Of a stretch of 64,000 nucleotides of DNA, positions 53,620-64,000 are shown piece after piece. Numbering within the stretch: the stretch's first letter is position 1; each line of letters starts with the position of its first letter. The DNA is from an uncultured delta proteobacterium (lineage in GTDB: Bacteria; Myxococcota; Myxococcia; Myxococcales; Anaeromyxobacteraceae). Location: contig CAWJSR010000020.1 of assembly GCA_963845515.1 (NCBI GenBank), positions 1 to 64,000 of the forward strand, given 5' to 3'. Position numbers and translations under genes: made by a program. Below the pieces are notes generated by a model. The model had not been told where the DNA came from, did no database searches, and saw only the letters and a list, made by a program, of their open reading frames with translations.

Positions 53620-55186
53620 ATGCCCAAGACCCTCCTCGTCGCCGACGACTCCGTCACCATTCGGAAGGTCGTGACGATCACCTTCGCGAACGACGACTTC
53701 AAGGTCATCGCCGTCGACAACGGGGACGACGCCATCGCCAAGGCGCGTGAGCTGAAGCCGGACATCGTCCTCGCCGACGTCGTGATGCCGAAGAAGAGCG
53801 GCTACGACGTCTGCGACGCGATCAAGAAGGACCCGGCGCTTCAGAACACGCCGGTCGTCCTGCTCGCCGGAACGTTCGAGGCCTTCGACGAGGCCCGGGC
53901 GCGGGCGGTCAACGCGAACGGTCACCTGATGAAGCCGTTCGACAGCCAGTCCCTCATCAACAAGGTCTACGAGCTGGTCATGGGTCACGCTCCCGCGCCG
54001 ACTCCAGGCGTGCCGGCGCCGCGGCCTGCGGTCGCCGCAGCGCCCCACCCGGCCGCTGCGCCGGCAGCCGCGAGGCCGATGGCCCCAGGCCCCGGCACGC
54101 CGCTCCCGGGCGCCCATCCCCCGGCTGGCGCCCCTCGTCCGTTCGGCGCGCCGCCTGCCGGTGCGATGCCGCCCGGCGCGCGTCCCCCTGGAATGGCGCC
54201 CGGCGCGATGCCGCCCGGAGCCCGTCCCCCTGGTCCCGGGATGCCGCCCCCCGGCGCGCCTCGTCCGCAGTTCGGCGCTCCGCCTGCAGGAGCGATGCCT
54301 CCCGGCGCCCGGCCCCCGGGCCCTGGGATGCCACCCGGGCGCGCGTCCGCCGGGGCCAGGCATGCCGCCGCCCGGAGCCATGCACCCGGGCGCTCGTCCC
54401 CCGGGGCCCGGGATGGCGCCCTTTGGCGCTCCTCGTCCTCCCGGAGCGCCTCCCGCTGGCGCGATGCCCCCCGGCGCTCGCCCCACTGGGCCTGGGCCTG
54501 GGATGCCGCCCGCCGGCGCCCCGCGGCCTCCTGGCGCGCCGCCCCCCGGTGCGATGCACCCAGGAGCCCGCCCCCCGGGCGGCCCCGGAATGCCGCCTCC
54601 GGCCGCGATGAGGCCGCCCGCCGCGGCGCCTGCCCCTGCGCCCAGACCCGCGCCGGTCATGGCCCAGCCTCCGCCTGCCGCGAAGGCACCGCCACCCCCC
54701 GCGGCGGCGCCGGCCCCGGCCCCAGCCGCACGCAGGGATCCGTTCGGATTCGGCGCGCCGACGCCCCCGCCCTCCATGGGCGTCGATTCGTCCCTCGAGG
54801 AGGACTGGAGCGACCTCGGTCAGCCGGCCGAGCCGCGCCCCCCTGCCGAGCCCGAGATGGGGTTCGGGGGGCTCGACTTTGCCGCGCCGCCGCCGCCCGC
54901 GCCGATCGAGCTCCCCGAGGAGACCGGCGAGGAGCCCGAGCTCGCGCCGATGCACGCCTTCGTTCCTCCGCCCGAGAAGGTCGGTCACAAGCCTGCGGCC
55001 GCGCCGCTCGCCCCATCGCCGACCGTGTCTCGCGCCGGCGACGGCGGCGAGGCGCTGCTCCGTGAAGCGCTCTCCAAGGCCTCGCTGGAGGTGATCGAGC
55101 GGATCGTGTGGGAGGTGGTCCCGCAGCTCGCCGAGACCATCATCCGGGAGAACATCGAGCGGCTCGTAAAGGAGCGCCAGAGCTAA
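53620..55186 (+). CDS. romR: motility polarity response regulator RomR (REC, Pro-rich linker, conserved C-terminus), frameshift near 54340
   Basis: LLVADDSVTIRKV; C-terminal DGGEALLREALSKASLEVIERIVWEVVPQLAETIIRE; cheW-romR-valS order as recalled for Myxococcus. Confidence 0.88.
54080..54620 (+). repeat. intragenic Pro/Gly tandem repeats in romR
   Basis: repeated GAM[P/H]PGARPPGPGMPPP / GAPRP / GAPPA units. Confidence 0.85.
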
Positions 55187-55296
55187 CGCCGGGCGCCGCC
55201 GCCGCACACGTCAACGACGTAACGGATGCCGCGCCCGGTCCCCCGGGTGCGGCGTCCTGCCTTTTCCCCCCGCAGTGCCGAAGGTAGAGGGACGAG

Positions 55297-58080
55297 ATGA
55301 GCGAAGAGAGCCGGACCGAGCTCGCCAAGGGCTACGAGCACAGGGACGTCGAGGCGCGCTGGTACCGCTTCTGGACCGAGCGGGGCTGCTTCCACGGCGA
55401 CGAGAACGACGGCTCGCGCCCCCACTTCTCGATCGTCCTCCCGCCGCCCAACGTCACAGGCTCGCTCCACCTCGGCCACGCCCTGACCGCGACGCTCCAG
55501 GACGTGCTCATCCGCTGGAAGAAGATGAGCGGCTTCAACACGCTCTGGCTCCCGGGGACCGACCACGCCGGCATCGCGACCCAGATGATCGTGGAGAAGG
55601 AGCTCAAGAAGACCGAGAAGAAGAGCCGCCACGATCTCGGCCGCGAGGAGTTCCTGAAGCGCGTCTGGGCGTGGAAGGAGAAGTACGGCAGCCGCATCGG
55701 CGAGCAGCACAAGGCGCTCGGCGCCTCGCTCGACTGGGAGCGCGAGCGCTTCACGATGGACGAGGGGCTCTCCCGCGCGGTGCGCGAGGTCTTCGTGCGG
55801 CTGCACGAGGAGGGGCTCATCTACCGGGAGAAGAAGCTCATCAACTGGTGCCCCGACTGCCACACCGCGCTCTCCGACCTGGAGGTCGAGCACGAGGAGG
55901 CCCACCAGGGCGAGCTCTGGTCCTTCGCGTATCCGCTCGCCGACGGCAGCGGCGAGATCGTCGTCGCGACGACGCGCCCGGAGACGATGCTGGGCGACAC
56001 CGCGGTCGCGGTCCACCCCGACGACGAGCGCTACCGCGCGATGGTGGGCAAGAAGGTCCGCCACCCGCTCACCCAGCGCGAGTTCCCGATCATCGCCGAC
56101 GCGATCCTCGTCGACCCCGCGTTCGGGACGGGGGCGGTCAAGGTCACCCCCGCCCACGACTTCAACGACTTCGAGACCGGCAAGCGCCACGGGCTGCCCA
56201 TGATCACGGTCATCGGCCCCGACGGCAGGATGACGCTCGAGGCCGGGCCGGTCGCCACGCTCGACCGCTTCGAGGCGCGGAAGCGGGTGAAGGAGCTGGT
56301 CGCCGAGCAGGGGCTCGACAGGGGAACCAAGCCGCACCTCCTGCCGCTCGGCCGCTGCCAGCGCTCGGCGACCGTCCTCGAGCCGCTCCTCTCGGACCAG
56401 TGGTACGTGAAGATCGAGCCGCTCGCCAAGCCGGCGATCGAGGCCGTGGAGCAGGGGAGGACCCGCTTCATCCCGGAGCAGTGGACCAACACCTACATGG
56501 CGTGGATGAACAACATCCACGACTGGTGCATCAGCCGGCAGCTCTGGTGGGGTCACCAGATCCCGGCCTGGTACTGCGAGGACGGCCACGTGACCGTGGC
56601 GCGCGAGACGCCTGCCGCCTGCGGCACGTGCGGCAAGACCGCGCTGCGCCAGGACGAGGACGTCCTCGACACGTGGTTCTCGTCTGCGCTCTGGCCCTTC
56701 TCGACGATGGGCTGGCCCGACCAGACCGCGACGCTCAAGACCTTCTACCCGACCTCCGTCATGGAGACCGGGCACGACATCATCTTCTTCTGGGTCGCCC
56801 GGATGATGATGATGGGCATCCACTTCATGGGCGAGGTCCCGTTCCGCACCGTCTACCTGCACCCGATGGTGCGGGACGAGAAGGGGCAGAAGATGTCCAA
56901 GACGAAGGGGAACGTCATCGATCCCCTCGTCATCACCGAGCAGTACGGCGCCGACGCGCTCCGCTTCACGCTGGCGGCGCTCACCGCCCAGGGGCGCGAC
57001 ATCAAGCTGGCCAAGGAGCGGATCGACGGCTACCGCGCCTTCGCGAACAAGCTCTGGAACGCGAGCCGCTTCGCGCTCATGAACCTCGAGGGTTTCAGGG
57101 ACGACGGCTCCGACGTCGCGACCCTGGCCGCGACGCCGGCGGACCGCTGGATCCTCGCCCGGCTGCAGCGCGCGGTGAACGAGACCGTGGCCGCGCTGGA
57201 GGCCTTCAAGTTCAACGAGGCGGCCGGGACCATCTACCAGTTCGTCTGGGGCGAGCTCTGCGACTGGTACATCGAGCTGGCGAAGGAGGCGCTCTCCGGA
57301 GAGGACGCCGGAAGGAAGCGGGGGGCGCAGGCGGTCCTCGTCCACTCCCTGGCGACGTCGCTGAAGCTGCTCCACCCGATCATGCCTTACATCACCGAGG
57401 AGCTCTGGGCCGTCTTCCGGGAAAGGGTCGGCAGCGCCGCGTGGCCCGACTCGGTCCTCGCCGCCGCCTACCCGAAGGTGGGGGCGATCGACGAGGGCGC
57501 CGAGCGCGGCTTCGCACCCGTCATCGGCGTGGTCGACGCCATCCGGAACGTCCGGGGCGAGATGAACGTGCCGCCGAAGGCCGAGCCGAGGGTCATCGTC
57601 GCCGTGGCTGACGCGGACGCGCAGCGCGTCGTCCGCGGCGAGGCGGCCCGGATCGCCAGGCTCGCCCACGCGAGCATCGAGGTCGTCGACGGCGCGGTGA
57701 CGCCGGCCGCGCCCCAGAGCGCGGTCGCCGTCGGACCGGGGTTCGAGGTCCGCGTCCACCTGGCGGGGGTGGTCGACTTCGCCGCGGAGGCGAGCCGAAT
57801 CTCCAAGGAGATCGCGAAGGTCGACGCCGACCTCACCCTCATGGAGAAGAAGCTCTCCAACCCGTCCTTCGTGGAGCGGGCGCCGGCCGAGGTGGTCGAG
57901 AAGGACCGGGCCCGGGTGGAGGAGCTGCGCGAAAAGAAGCTCAAGCTCGAGGAGCACCGTGCGATGCTTGCAGGTGAACCCGCAGGATCAGGGAGGGAGC
58001 CCGATCATGGAGACGCCCAGGAACCCGAAGGAGCCGACGGCGGGGCAGACCGTCGCCGACGTCGCCGAGAAGGTCGCTGA
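55297..58080 (+). CDS. valS: valine--tRNA ligase (true C-terminus uncertain)
   Basis: PPPNVTGSLHLGH, DHAGIATQ, WCISRQLWWGH, KMSKT, C-terminal coiled coil. Confidence 0.97.
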   Translation: MSEESRTELAKGYEHRDVEARWYRFWTERGCFHGDENDGSRPHFSIVLPPPNVTGSLHLGHALTATLQDVLIRWKKMSGFNTLWLPGTDHAGIATQMIVEKELKKTEKKSRHDLGREEFLKRVWAWKEKYGSRIGEQHKALGASLDWERERFTMDEGLSRAVREVFVRLHEEGLIYREKKLINWCPDCHTALSDLEVEHEEAHQGELWSFAYPLADGSGEIVVATTRPETMLGDTAVAVHPDDERYRAMVGKKVRHPLTQREFPIIADAILVDPAFGTGAVKVTPAHDFNDFETGKRHGLPMITVIGPDGRMTLEAGPVATLDRFEARKRVKELVAEQGLDRGTKPHLLPLGRCQRSATVLEPLLSDQWYVKIEPLAKPAIEAVEQGRTRFIPEQWTNTYMAWMNNIHDWCISRQLWWGHQIPAWYCEDGHVTVARETPAACGTCGKTALRQDEDVLDTWFSSALWPFSTMGWPDQTATLKTFYPTSVMETGHDIIFFWVARMMMMGIHFMGEVPFRTVYLHPMVRDEKGQKMSKTKGNVIDPLVITEQYGADALRFTLAALTAQGRDIKLAKERIDGYRAFANKLWNASRFALMNLEGFRDDGSDVATLAATPADRWILARLQRAVNETVAALEAFKFNEAAGTIYQFVWGELCDWYIELAKEALSGEDAGRKRGAQAVLVHSLATSLKLLHPIMPYITEELWAVFRERVGSAAWPDSVLAAAYPKVGAIDEGAERGFAPVIGVVDAIRNVRGEMNVPPKAEPRVIVAVADADAQRVVRGEAARIARLAHASIEVVDGAVTPAAPQSAVAVGPGFEVRVHLAGVVDFAAEASRISKEIAKVDADLTLMEKKLSNPSFVERAPAEVVEKDRARVEELREKKLKLEEHRAMLAGEPAGSGREPDHGDAQEPEGADGGADRRRRRREGR

Positions 58081-58539
58081 GAAGGCGGAGCAGGTGGCCG
58101 GCCGCGCCGCGGAGTTCGCCCGCGCCGCCGCCGACAAGGTCGAGGAGCTCGCCGAGCGCGCGAAGCCGGCGGTGCAGCGCGCACAGCAGGCGGCCGAGGA
58201 CTTCGCGGAGAAGGCGAAGCCGGCCATGAAGCGGGCGCAGGAGACCGCCGAGGACTGGGCCGAGAAGGCGAAGCCGGCCGTGAAGCGCGCGCAGAAGGCT
58301 GCCGGGGCGTTCGCGGATCGCGCCCGCGGGTCGATCGAGCGAGCGGTCAAGAAGGCCACGGGCAAGATGGCCGCCAGGAAGGGCGCGCTCGAAGAAGAAG
58401 CGCGGCGAAGAAGGCTCCCGCGAAGAAGAGCGCCGCGAAGAAGGCGCCCGCGAAGAAGGGCGCAGCGAAGAAGGCTCCGGCCCGGAAGGTCGCCGCGAAG
58501 AAGAGCGCCGCGCGCAAGGCGCCGAAGGGGAAGCGGTAG
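58007..58539 (+). CDS. Ala/Lys-rich helical-repeat plus histone-H1-like polypeptide (ValS extension or separate gene), frameshifted
   Basis: GGAGG before ATG 58007; 18-aa repeats AEKAKPAxKRAQ; AKKAPAKK tail ending TAG 58537-58539. Confidence 0.65.
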
Positions 58540-58544
58540 CTTCC

Positions 58545-59382
58545 GTGCAGCTCGCGGCCAACGTCGAGCGGCTCATCGACCTGGCGCTCGAGGAGGACCT
58601 CCTCCTCGGCGACGTCACGAGCGAGGCGACCCTCTCCCCGGCTGCGAGCGGGGAGGGGACGTTCCTGGCCAAGGACGCGCTGGTCCTCGCAGGGACGGCC
58701 GTCGCCGCGCGCGTCTTCGAGCGGCTCGGGGCGGAGTGCCGCTTCAGCCGCGAGGACGGGGCGCGCGTGCTCAGTGGCGAGGTGGTCGGCACCGCGACGG
58801 GACCCGTCCGGGCGCTGCTCGCGGCGGAGCGGACCGCGCTCAACTTCCTCCAGCGGCTCTCCGGCGTGGCGACCGCGACGCGGCGGGCGGTCGACGCCCT
58901 CGCAGCCGGCGGCGGGAAGACGCGCCTGCTCGACACGCGCAAGACGACGCCTGGGCTGGCGCATGATCGAGAAGGCGGCGGTCCGCGCCGGCGGCGGCAA
59001 GAACCACCGGTTCTCCCTGGGGGACGGCATCCTCATCAAGGACAACCACGTGGCGGCCTGCGGCGGCGTCGCGGAGGCCGTGCGGCGGGCGCGCGCGAGC
59101 GCCGGGGCGATGCTGAAGATCGAGGTCGAGGTGGTCGATCTCCCGGGGCTCGACGCCGCCATCGCCGCCGGGGCCGACATCGTCCTGCTCGACAACATGG
59201 ACGACGCCGCGGTCGCTGCTGCGGTGAGGCGCGCCGCCGGGCGCGTGCTGCTGGAGGCCAGCGGCAACATGACCGACGAGCGGCTGCCGCGGATCGCGGC
59301 CACCGGCGTCGACTTCGTCTCGATGGGGGCCGTCACCCACAGCGCCCGCGCCGTGGACCTCTCCTTCGAGCTGTCGTCCTGA
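58545..59382 (+). CDS. nadC: nicotinate-nucleotide pyrophosphorylase (carboxylating), frameshift near 58950
   Basis: ERTALNFLQRLSGVAT, DTRKTTPG, NHRFSL, LIKDNH, IEVEV, LLDNM, EASG. Confidence 0.95.
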
Positions 59383-59438
59383 GCGCCCGTCCATTTGACA
59401 CGTAGAGCGGCGCGCCGAAGATCCGATCGGCCCGCGCC

Positions 59439-60435
59439 ATGACAGAAGCCCAGAACGCCGGTTCCGAGGAGATGATCCTCTCCTTCCTCGCCGAGGCCGG
59501 GGACGAGTTCATCTCGGGCGAGGCCATCTCCGACAAGCTCGGCCTCTCGCGCACTGCGGTCTGGAAGCACGTCGAGGGGCTCCGCTCGCAGGGCTACCGG
59601 ATCGACGCGCTCCCGGCGCGCGGGTACCGGCTCGCCGGCGTCCCCGATCGGCTCGGGCCGCTCGAGATCAGGCCGCTCCTGTCCACGGCCGACCTCGGCC
59701 AGACCGTCCACTTCTACGAGGAGATCGACTCCACCAACGACCGGGCGAAGGAGCTGGCGGAGGATGGCGCCGCCCACGGCGAGGTGGTCGTGGCGGAGCA
59801 GCAGCGCGCTGGGCGGGGGCGGCGGGGGCGGACCTGGGCCTCCCCCGCGGGGCGCAACCTCTACCTCTCCGTCATCCTGCGCCCCGAGCTGCCCCCGACG
59901 CGCGCGCCGGAGCTGACGCTCGTCGGCGCCCTGGCCGTCTGCGACGCGCTGCGGGAGGCCGGGGTGGACGCCGGGATCAAGTGGCCGAACGACGTCCTGG
60001 TCGGCGGCAGGAAGATCGCAGGCATCCTCACCGAGCTCTCCGCGGAGCCCGACCACGTCCACTGGGTCGTCCTGGGGATGGGCGTCAACCTCAACGCGCG
60101 CCGGGAGGACTTCCCGGCGGAGCTGCGCGACGAGGCCACCAGCGTCCTCATCGAGCGGGGGCAGCCGGCGCCGCGCGCGCTCTTCACGGCGGCGCTGCTC
60201 CTCTCGCTGGAGCAGTGGCTCGAGGTGCACGCCGCGAAGGGGTTCGACGCGATCCGCGACGCGTGGCGAAGCCGCTCGGTGACCCTCGGGCGCCCGGTCC
60301 GGGTCAAGATGGGCGACCGGGACATCGACGGGGTCGCCGAGGAGCTGGACGAGAGCGGGGCGCTCCTCGTCCGCACCGCTGCCGGGCGTCGAGCGGGTGA
60401 TGACCGGCGACGTCGTGCTGCTCCGACCGCGTTGA
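59439..60435 (+). CDS. birA: bifunctional biotin ligase/repressor, frameshift near 60385
   Basis: ISGEAIS..LGLSRTAVWKH, DSTND, GRGRRGRTW, KWPND, KIAGIL. Confidence 0.95.
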
Positions 60436-60466
60436 CCGGACAACGGCGCGCGGCTAACCTCCGCCC

Positions 60467-61231
60467 GTGCTTCTAGCCATCGACGTCGGCAACACCAATA
60501 CCGTCCTGGGCGTGTACGAGGCAGGCAAGCTGCGCCAGCACTGGCGCATCGAGACCAGCCACACCCGCACCTACGACGAGTACGGGATCCTCCTCCGGCA
60601 GCTCTTCGCCGCCCACGGCGTGGATGTGGCGGGCGTGAAGGCGATCGCCATCTCCAGCGTCGTCCCGCCGCTCGCCTTCACGCTCGAGCAGATGGCCCAG
60701 CGCTACTTCAAGGTGAAGCCGCTCTTCATCGGGCCGGGCGTGAAGACGGGGATGCCCATCCTCTACGAGAACCCCCGCGAGGTGGGTGCCGACCGGGTCG
60801 TCAACGCGGTCGCCGCGTTCGAGCGCTGGAAGACGGGGCTCATCGTCGTGGACTTCGGCACGGCCACCACCTTCGACGCGGTCTCGCCGAAGGGCGAGTA
60901 CCTCGGCGGCGCCATCTGCCCTGGCGTCACGGTCTCGATGGAGGCGCTCTTCCGGGCGGCGTCCAAGCTCCCCCGCGTGGAGTTCGCGCGGCCGCCCAGC
61001 GTGGTCGGGAAGAACACCGTCGCGTCGATCCAGAGCGGCCTCGTGTACGGCTACGTCGGCATGGTCGACGGCATCTGCGGGCGCATGAGCGACGAGCTCG
61101 GGTTCCAGCCGAAGGTCGTCGCCACCGGCGGGCTCGCGCCGCTCCTCTCGGGCATCTCGAAGTCCATCTCCGAGGTGGACGAGCACCTGACGCTCGAGGG
61201 ACTCCGGATCATCTACCAGCGGAACAGCTGA
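60467..61231 (+). CDS. coaX: type III pantothenate kinase
   Basis: [33 protein letters not shown]. Confidence 0.96.
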   Translation: MLLAIDVGNTNTVLGVYEAGKLRQHWRIETSHTRTYDEYGILLRQLFAAHGVDVAGVKAIAISSVVPPLAFTLEQMAQRYFKVKPLFIGPGVKTGMPILYENPREVGADRVVNAVAAFERWKTGLIVVDFGTATTFDAVSPKGEYLGGAICPGVTVSMEALFRAASKLPRVEFARPPSVVGKNTVASIQSGLVYGYVGMVDGICGRMSDELGFQPKVVATGGLAPLLSGISKSISEVDEHLTLEGLRIIYQRNS

Positions 61232-61242
61232 GCCGAGCGACG

Positions 61243-61834
61243 ATGACCGAGAAGTCGAACGCCGAAGGGAGCGCACAGGCGCGCCTTCGAGCAGGGCATG
61301 GCGGCCTTCCTGCGCGGCAACGCCCAGTCGGCGCACGCCGCCTTCGAGCGGGCGCACCGCCGCGAGCCGCGCGACCCGCGCTACATGTCCTGGTACGGCC
61401 TCACGCTCGTGGTCGTCGAGAAGAACAGCAACCTCGGCTTGCTGCTCTGCGACCAGGCGCTGCGCGGCGCGGGGACCGACCCCGATCTCCTCCTCAACCA
61501 GGCGCGGGTCCACCTCGCGCTCAACCAGCGCGAGCGAAGCATCCGGGCGATCCAGCGGGGGCTGGCCCTGTGGCCCATGCACCACGGCCTGCAGCGGGCC
61601 CGCGACTCGCTCGGGTGGCGCAAGAGCCCCGTCCTGCCGTTCCTGTCCCGCAACAGCCCCCTCAACCGGTTCCTCGGACGGCTGCGCCACCGCTTCTCCC
61701 GCCACGGCGGAGCGACGTCGGTGCCGAACCCGATGACCCTGGGCGTGATCCTCCCGCTGAGCTCGCCCGTCGCCAGCGCCTCGACGCCGGCGCCCACCTC
61801 GACGACGCCGGCGCCCACGCCGGTCAAGGAGTAG
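61243..61834 (+). CDS. TPR-like hypothetical protein (frameshift near 61280)
   Basis: YMSWYGLTL, LLLNQARVHL, LGWRKSPVLPFLSRNSPLNRFLG. Confidence 0.7.
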
Positions 61835-61839
61835 GGACC

Positions 61840-62985
61840 ATGCCAGACTGCCCGCTCCCCCTCGACGTGCTCCCGCGGCAGCTCCAGAAGCACGCCGACG
61901 AGAAGGCGCCGCCGCCACTGAGGATGATGGGGGCGAAGGGGCTCGTGCCGGCGGTGGCGCCGGTCGATCTCCTCACGCTCCTCTTCTTCCTGTCCTTCGA
62001 CGGTGACGCCGGCGTGCGCGAGACGGCCGTCAAGACCGCCGAGGGGCTCCCGGACAGGATCTACGGTGTCGGGCTCCGCGCCGACGGGATCGACGGGAAG
62101 GTGCTGGACTGGCTCGCCGACCGGTTCCAGGGGAAGGACTCCGCCATCGAGCTGATCCTCCTCAACGCGGTGACGCTCGACGAGACCATCGCACGGCTGG
62201 CGCCGGCCGTCCCGCAGAAGCTCGGCGAGCTCATCCGCCAGAACGAGCTCCGGCTCCTGAGGACCGACGGGATCATCCGCGGCCTCTGCGCCAACCCCAA
62301 CGTCCTCGCCTCGGTCATCGACGGCGCGTGCGACTTCTGCGTCCGCAACGGCCTCACGCTGCTCGACGTCCCGCAGCTGGTGGAGGCTCACAAGCGGGTC
62401 CACGGGGTCGATCCCTCCGCAGTGGCGAAGCCCGCCTCGGCGACCGCGACCGGGCTGCTGTCCGAGTACCAGCAGGAGCTGGCAGTCGAGGCCGCGGAGG
62501 GCGCGGGGCCGCCAGCCGTCGTGACCGAGGCGGAGAGCGGCAAGAAGCTCAACATGACGCAGAAGGTGCTCACGATGAGCGTCAGCGAGAAGATCAAGCT
62601 GGCGACGCTGGGCAACAAGGAGGCGCGAACCATCCTGCTGCGCGACTCCAACAAGCTCGTCTGCATGGCCGCTGCGACCAGCCCCCGCATGACCGACGGA
62701 GAGATGCTCTCGCTCGCCAACTCGCGGACGGTGAACGCCGACGTGCTCCGGTACATCTACTCCGGGCGCGAGTTCACGAAGGTCTACGCCATCAAGACGG
62801 CGCTCGTGAAGAACCCCAAGGTCCCGCTCCCGACCGCGCTCAAGCTCATGTACACGCTCCAGGAGAAGGACATCAAGGAGCTGGCGCGCGACAGGAACGT
62901 CCCGCAGACGATCCAGGCGCAGGCGAAGTCGTGGCTCCAGAAGCGCGACGCCGCGGCCAAGAAGGACCCGACGGCGAAGCACTAG
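61840..62985 (+). CDS. conserved helical hypothetical protein
   Basis: LRMMGAKG, EKIKLATLGNKEARTILLRDSNKLV, ALVKNPKVP; RBS and GC-rich third positions. Confidence 0.8.
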   Translation: MPDCPLPLDVLPRQLQKHADEKAPPPLRMMGAKGLVPAVAPVDLLTLLFFLSFDGDAGVRETAVKTAEGLPDRIYGVGLRADGIDGKVLDWLADRFQGKDSAIELILLNAVTLDETIARLAPAVPQKLGELIRQNELRLLRTDGIIRGLCANPNVLASVIDGACDFCVRNGLTLLDVPQLVEAHKRVHGVDPSAVAKPASATATGLLSEYQQELAVEAAEGAGPPAVVTEAESGKKLNMTQKVLTMSVSEKIKLATLGNKEARTILLRDSNKLVCMAAATSPRMTDGEMLSLANSRTVNADVLRYIYSGREFTKVYAIKTALVKNPKVPLPTALKLMYTLQEKDIKELARDRNVPQTIQAQAKSWLQKRDAAAKKDPTAKH

Positions 62986-63005
62986 TCGGCGCGCCCAGGG
63001 GACGG

Positions 63006-64000
63006 ATGGAAGCCGGGCGCGAGGGGGGTCGGGGCGGCGGCGGCTCCGGGGGCGAGCCGGTCCGTGTCGGGCGGGCTGCCTGGATCTCCGCAGCCACGAT
63101 GGTCTCGCGCGTGCTCGGGCTGGCGCGCGACCAGCTCTTCGCCATCCTGATCGGCGCCAACCGGTTCTCCGACGCCTTCGTCGTCGCCTTCCGCATCCCG
63201 AACCTGCTCCGCGACCTCTTCGCGGAGGGGGCGCTCTCCTCGGCCTTCGTGCCGACCTTCGCCGAGCACCGGCGCAACCGTGGCCCCGAGGCGGCGGTCG
63301 CGCTGGCGAACGCCGTGGCGGGGGGCATCCTCCTCGTCGTCGGCGCGCTGACCCTCGCCGGGATGCTGTGGGCGGGGCCGCTCGTCGCCGCCATCGCCCC
63401 GGGCTACGCGCCGGAGCAGGCGCTCCTCGCCGCCCGACTCACCCGGATCATGATGCCGTTCCTCCTCCTCGTCTCGCTGGCGGCGCTGGCGATGGGGATG
63501 CTCAACGCGCAGGGACGCTTCACCGCGCCGGCGCTCGCGCCGGCCCTCTTCAACGTCGGCTCCATCGCGGTCGGGCTGGGGCTCTGGGCTGCCGGCTGGC
63601 CGCCCGAGCGGGCGGTGGTGGGCTGGTCGGTGGGCACCCTCCTGGGCGGCGCGCTGCAGCTCGCGGCGCAGCTGCCGTCGCTGCGCGCCGCCGGCTACCG
63701 GTTCAAGCTGGTGGTCGGGCGCGCGGCGCTGTCGCAGCCTGGAGTGCGTCGGATCGGGAAGCTCATGGCGGCCGCGCTCGTCGGGCTCTCGGCGACGCAG
63801 GTGAACATCCTCGTGAACACGATCTTCGCCTCGCACGAGGTGGGCGCCAACACCTGGCTCCAGATGGCCTTCCGGCTCATGCAGCTGCCGCTCGGCGTCT
63901 TCGGAGTCGCCATCGCCACGGTGGCGGGCGCCGGCGTCGCCCAGCAGGCGGCTGCGCGCGACCTGCCCGGCGTCAACCGTACCCTGGGCGCGGCGATGCG
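63006..64000 (+). CDS. murJ: lipid II flippase, 3'-partial (not in ORF track)
   Basis: ATMVSRVLGLARD, DAFVVAFRIPNLLRDLFAEGALSSAFVP, RLMQLPLGVFGVAI. Confidence 0.95.
   Translation, partial: MEAGREGGRGGGGSGGEPVRVGRAAWISAATMVSRVLGLARDQLFAILIGANRFSDAFVVAFRIPNLLRDLFAEGALSSAFVPTFAEHRRNRGPEAAVALANAVAGGILLVVGALTLAGMLWAGPLVAAIAPGYAPEQALLAARLTRIMMPFLLLVSLAALAMGMLNAQGRFTAPALAPALFNVGSIAVGLGLWAAGWPPERAVVGWSVGTLLGGALQLAAQLPSLRAAGYRFKLVVGRAALSQPGVRRIGKLMAAALVGLSATQVNILVNTIFASHEVGANTWLQMAFRLMQLPLGVFGVAIATVAGAGVAQQAAARDLPGVNRTLGAAM

Overview
Two different DNAs appear to be joined in this window. Bases 1-~5440 are the tail module of an RcGTA-type gene transfer agent (DUF2460, DUF2163, NlpC/P60, truncated baseplate/megatron), alphaproteobacterial in style and full of frameshifts. 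It runs directly into the 3' end of a tsaC/sua5 gene, most likely at an assembly chimera. Bases ~5440-64000 look like an Anaeromyxobacter-like (Myxococcota) chromosome with scattered indels, probably from long-read error. Genes include DUF1015, hemB, tRNA-Ala(GGC), moeA, rnr, a liv-type ABC transporter with a PAS kinase/FixJ-type regulator and a porin, mutS2, an ECF sigma/anti-sigma/caspase/lipoprotein cluster, namZ, nadD, a Clp ATPase, pfkA, an orphan groEL with CIRCE, REC-GGDEF/cheW/romR/valS, nadC, birA, coaX and murJ. The main signals missed by the ORF track are: (1) an HNH-nuclease gene with no transposase, bracketed by a perfect 22-bp inverted repeat that continues as degenerate homology; (2) a radical SAM protein with an in-frame TGA in a C-U-A-E-P tail and a SECIS-like hairpin, convergent with an ATP-grasp gene; (3) a 455-bp element with TIRs and a 6-bp target duplication, inserted into a REP palindrome and carrying a REP-flanked DUF559 fragment; (4) a 182-bp MITE-like hairpin whose ends supply two stop codons; (5) a 35-aa basic ORF; (6) a helical-repeat/histone-like extension after valS. 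All family calls come from motif recognition by eye; no searches were run.
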